Shown here: positions 62,074 to 64,000 of the stretch, one piece after another
Numbering within the stretch: position 1 is the stretch's first letter
How the letters are laid out: each line of letters begins with the position of its first letter
DNA from: Bilabrum cf. latius
Taxonomy: Eukaryota
DNA: 64,000 nucleotides
Assembly: GCA_965178125.1 (NCBI GenBank)
Contig: OZ237759.1
Span: forward strand, 1-64,000
Direction: 5' to 3'
Program-made: the position numbers and the translations under genes
Notes under the pieces: model-generated
Told to the model about the DNA's origin: nothing
The model's input: the letters and a program-made list of their open reading frames with translations, nothing else
The model's database searches: none

Positions 62074-63702
62074 ATGGTGGCATGGAATGCAGCGAGACGA
62101 ATCGCTCGTCACTGGCCCGCAGGGGCGCATCCGGCTGCCTTGCAGACCACCACTGCAGCCGTACGTGCAGACTGGTCCGATACCTTGCCTACAGATGAAG
62201 GTTGTGCTGCGATGAATGGTCCTGCTGAGCGATGGACCGAATACACGAGCCCAGCACCAGCACAGTTCTTGGTGGCTGGGTTCCGAAAGTAAGGATGATA
62301 TCGGCCTAACTTTGCGGAGCTGAAGCCCCGCCTCTGCTTGAATATATTTTCATTCAACTAGTATTGTTGTATTTGCAGGAAACTATGCGTAGCCGAGCCG
62401 GGGCTAGATCCCCTGCAGGCTCAGCCTCCGCACGAGGTCGCCAAGCTCCGAAAGGTACGCGCGAGCAGTACTGCGGCAGCCAAGATCAAGGAAAACAAGA
62501 AGAAATCAAAGCAGTTATTTAATATGATGGGGAGCATTTAGCAGTAGCACGATGAGCTTGAACAAAAGAAGCGTGCACTAGATGTGGAGAAGCAGCAGCT
62601 CGCCGCGCTGCGAAAAGAGAAGATGTTGCTCGTGAAACTCATGCAGCATTTGGTTAGGATTGGGGTAACTGAGCGACCAAAGCCGCGCTAGACGGAACCG
62701 GCCGAGCAGGCAGGAGGCACCGGTCGTCCCGGTATCCTGTCGATCCGAGCCCCTGCGTCCAAGGCAAGCGCCGATTCTGCAGGTGCCCCTGGCAGCGCAT
62801 CCACACCGGGCACAGGGAGATCAATAATCCCACGCCGATCAACCCCAACAGCGGCGGCTCCATTGATTCGCCGCAAGTCCCGCCTCACGGACGCATCTCC
62901 CGTGGCAGCAGGCACGCCGGCATCGAGGGGCGCTGCGGGGGCTCGGCGCGTGGACAGCCCCCTCGCCACTCCAGTGGAGAGAAGACAGGAGTCATCGTCA
63001 TCTTCTCGCTTCCCCGTAGGAACACCGAGGCGATCTGCAGAGCCATTCAGCGCGCACACACACAGAGACAGAGACAGAGACAGAGACAGGGGCAGGGGCA
63101 GAGACAGGGGCCCGTCCGTGCAACCAGTCCCCGGTCGCTCCGGGGTGAGGTCAGCGCCAAGGGCCGGGCAGGGGCGGCTGGGGCCGGGAGGGGGAGGGGG
63201 GCTCCGAGTGACGCTCAGCTCTGACGCCACCCCGGCTGAATCTGCCACAGGTGTGGGGCGGCATCACCCGGCCAGCCACAGGTTCCGTGGTTCAGGAGCA
63301 AGCCATGGCTCCAGCCTCGGGCAAGACCTGCATCGCGGTCCCTAGGGCACTGGCCCACCGGTTGGGCTATCTAGCGCCATGCCTGCCCCTGCCAGCTCCA
63401 CCCAGGCAGGCAGACCCGTGAGTCGCCCCCCGACGAGCGCGTCCTTTCGACGAGACGGGACCCAGTCAGCGGACGGCTGGGGTCGGGGTGGGAGCGGCAG
63501 CGGAGCGGCGGAGGGCTGGCACCGAGAGGCAGGGCACGGGTATGGGGGCCATGCGCACGGCCATGACAGGGGCCATGACAGGGGCCATGACAGGGACCGC
63601 GGGAGCGGCCGGGGCAGAGGCAGAGGCCGGGGCAGAGGCGGGGGAAGGGGCTGGGGCGGGGGTGGGCATGCCGGGCGGGGTGGTAGCAGGGGCAGGTGGT
63701 GA
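62074..63702 (+). CDS. Hypothetical coiled-coil and RG/RD-rich protein, intron 62289-62378
   Basis: GTAAGG...TTGCAG intron; coiled-coil I*Q*HDELEQKKRALDVEKQQL; the frame runs across TAGs to TGA at 63700-63702. Confidence 0.55.
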
Positions 63703-63815
63703 GGGGTAGCGGTGCCTGGGACCTTTGCTCGGCTGGCACAATGAATCCACACAAGACCATTCCTAGTTTATTCGATGCAAGGCAGGTGCAAGCTACATCA
63801 AGTCCCAGACCAGAC

Positions 63816-64000
63816 TCAAGCGAATGTCCTCACAATTTCCCGCCTGGCCTGGTCGTACTTGAACCCTGCCCTCCGCAAGGCATCCCCCTCCAAAAAGTCG
63901 GCGATGTCCGTGATGCCGCTCTCCTGCGCAGCCGCGCTCAGATCCCGCTGCTTGATGCGGATCGTGCCCGACTCGGCCCCCGCCCCGTCCCCGTCAAGCA
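63816..64000 (-). CDS. MCM2: 3' end of a DNA replication licensing factor, MCM2-like (partial)
   Basis: TIRIKQRDLSAAAQESGITDIADFLEGDALRRAGFKYDQARREIVRTFA* resembles the MCM2 C-terminal winged-helix as I recall it. TGA stop. Confidence 0.65.
   Translation of the reverse strand, partial: LDGDGAGAESGTIRIKQRDLSAAAQESGITDIADFLEGDALRRAGFKYDQARREIVRTFA

Noticed and set aside
37313-63702. Cluster of pseudogenes with premature stops, or A-to-I editing of UAG to Trp
   Set aside because: Interruptions are exclusively TAG with no frameshifts, catalytic motifs are intact, and the RecQ site aligns to Gln rather than Trp.

Overview
This is the left end region of a GC-rich eukaryotic chromosome, probably a flagellated protist (Tctex-type dynein light chain and RSPH14-like genes). 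Bases 1-34402 are a mosaic of (CCCTAA)n tracts interrupted by co-oriented inserts. Every insert ends proximally in a related ~55-60 bp cap (...CCCGACCCTGTCCCTGACTTTATA.TAGATA|CCCTAA) and distally at variable, telomere-healed breakpoints. The inserts are three related 155-bp satellite families, a solo cap, and two copies (one longer, one truncated) of a >=14.4 kb element. That element has inverted arrays of a 22-bp quasi-palindrome around two divergent ORFs (2328 aa and 511 aa) and a tRNA-like Pol III A/B-box unit; I see no RT or transposase motif. A 55-bp G-rich minisatellite (34403-37138) is followed by a dense gene region: DLD, Tctex-type light chain, PAN+GH79, an E2-UFD1-UBX-ZnF fusion, RecQ, RSPH14-like, Ski8/WDR61-like, a C2 protein, PCH2, an AIR9-like protein, a coiled-coil protein and the MCM2 3' end. 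The supplied ORF track is fragmented because TAG appears to be a sense codon here (Gln; RecQ GKSLIY*V aligns to GKSLCYQL). All 14 reconstructed CDSs end in TGA, and in-frame TAA is essentially absent. Protein identities come from motif recognition by eye, not from database searches.
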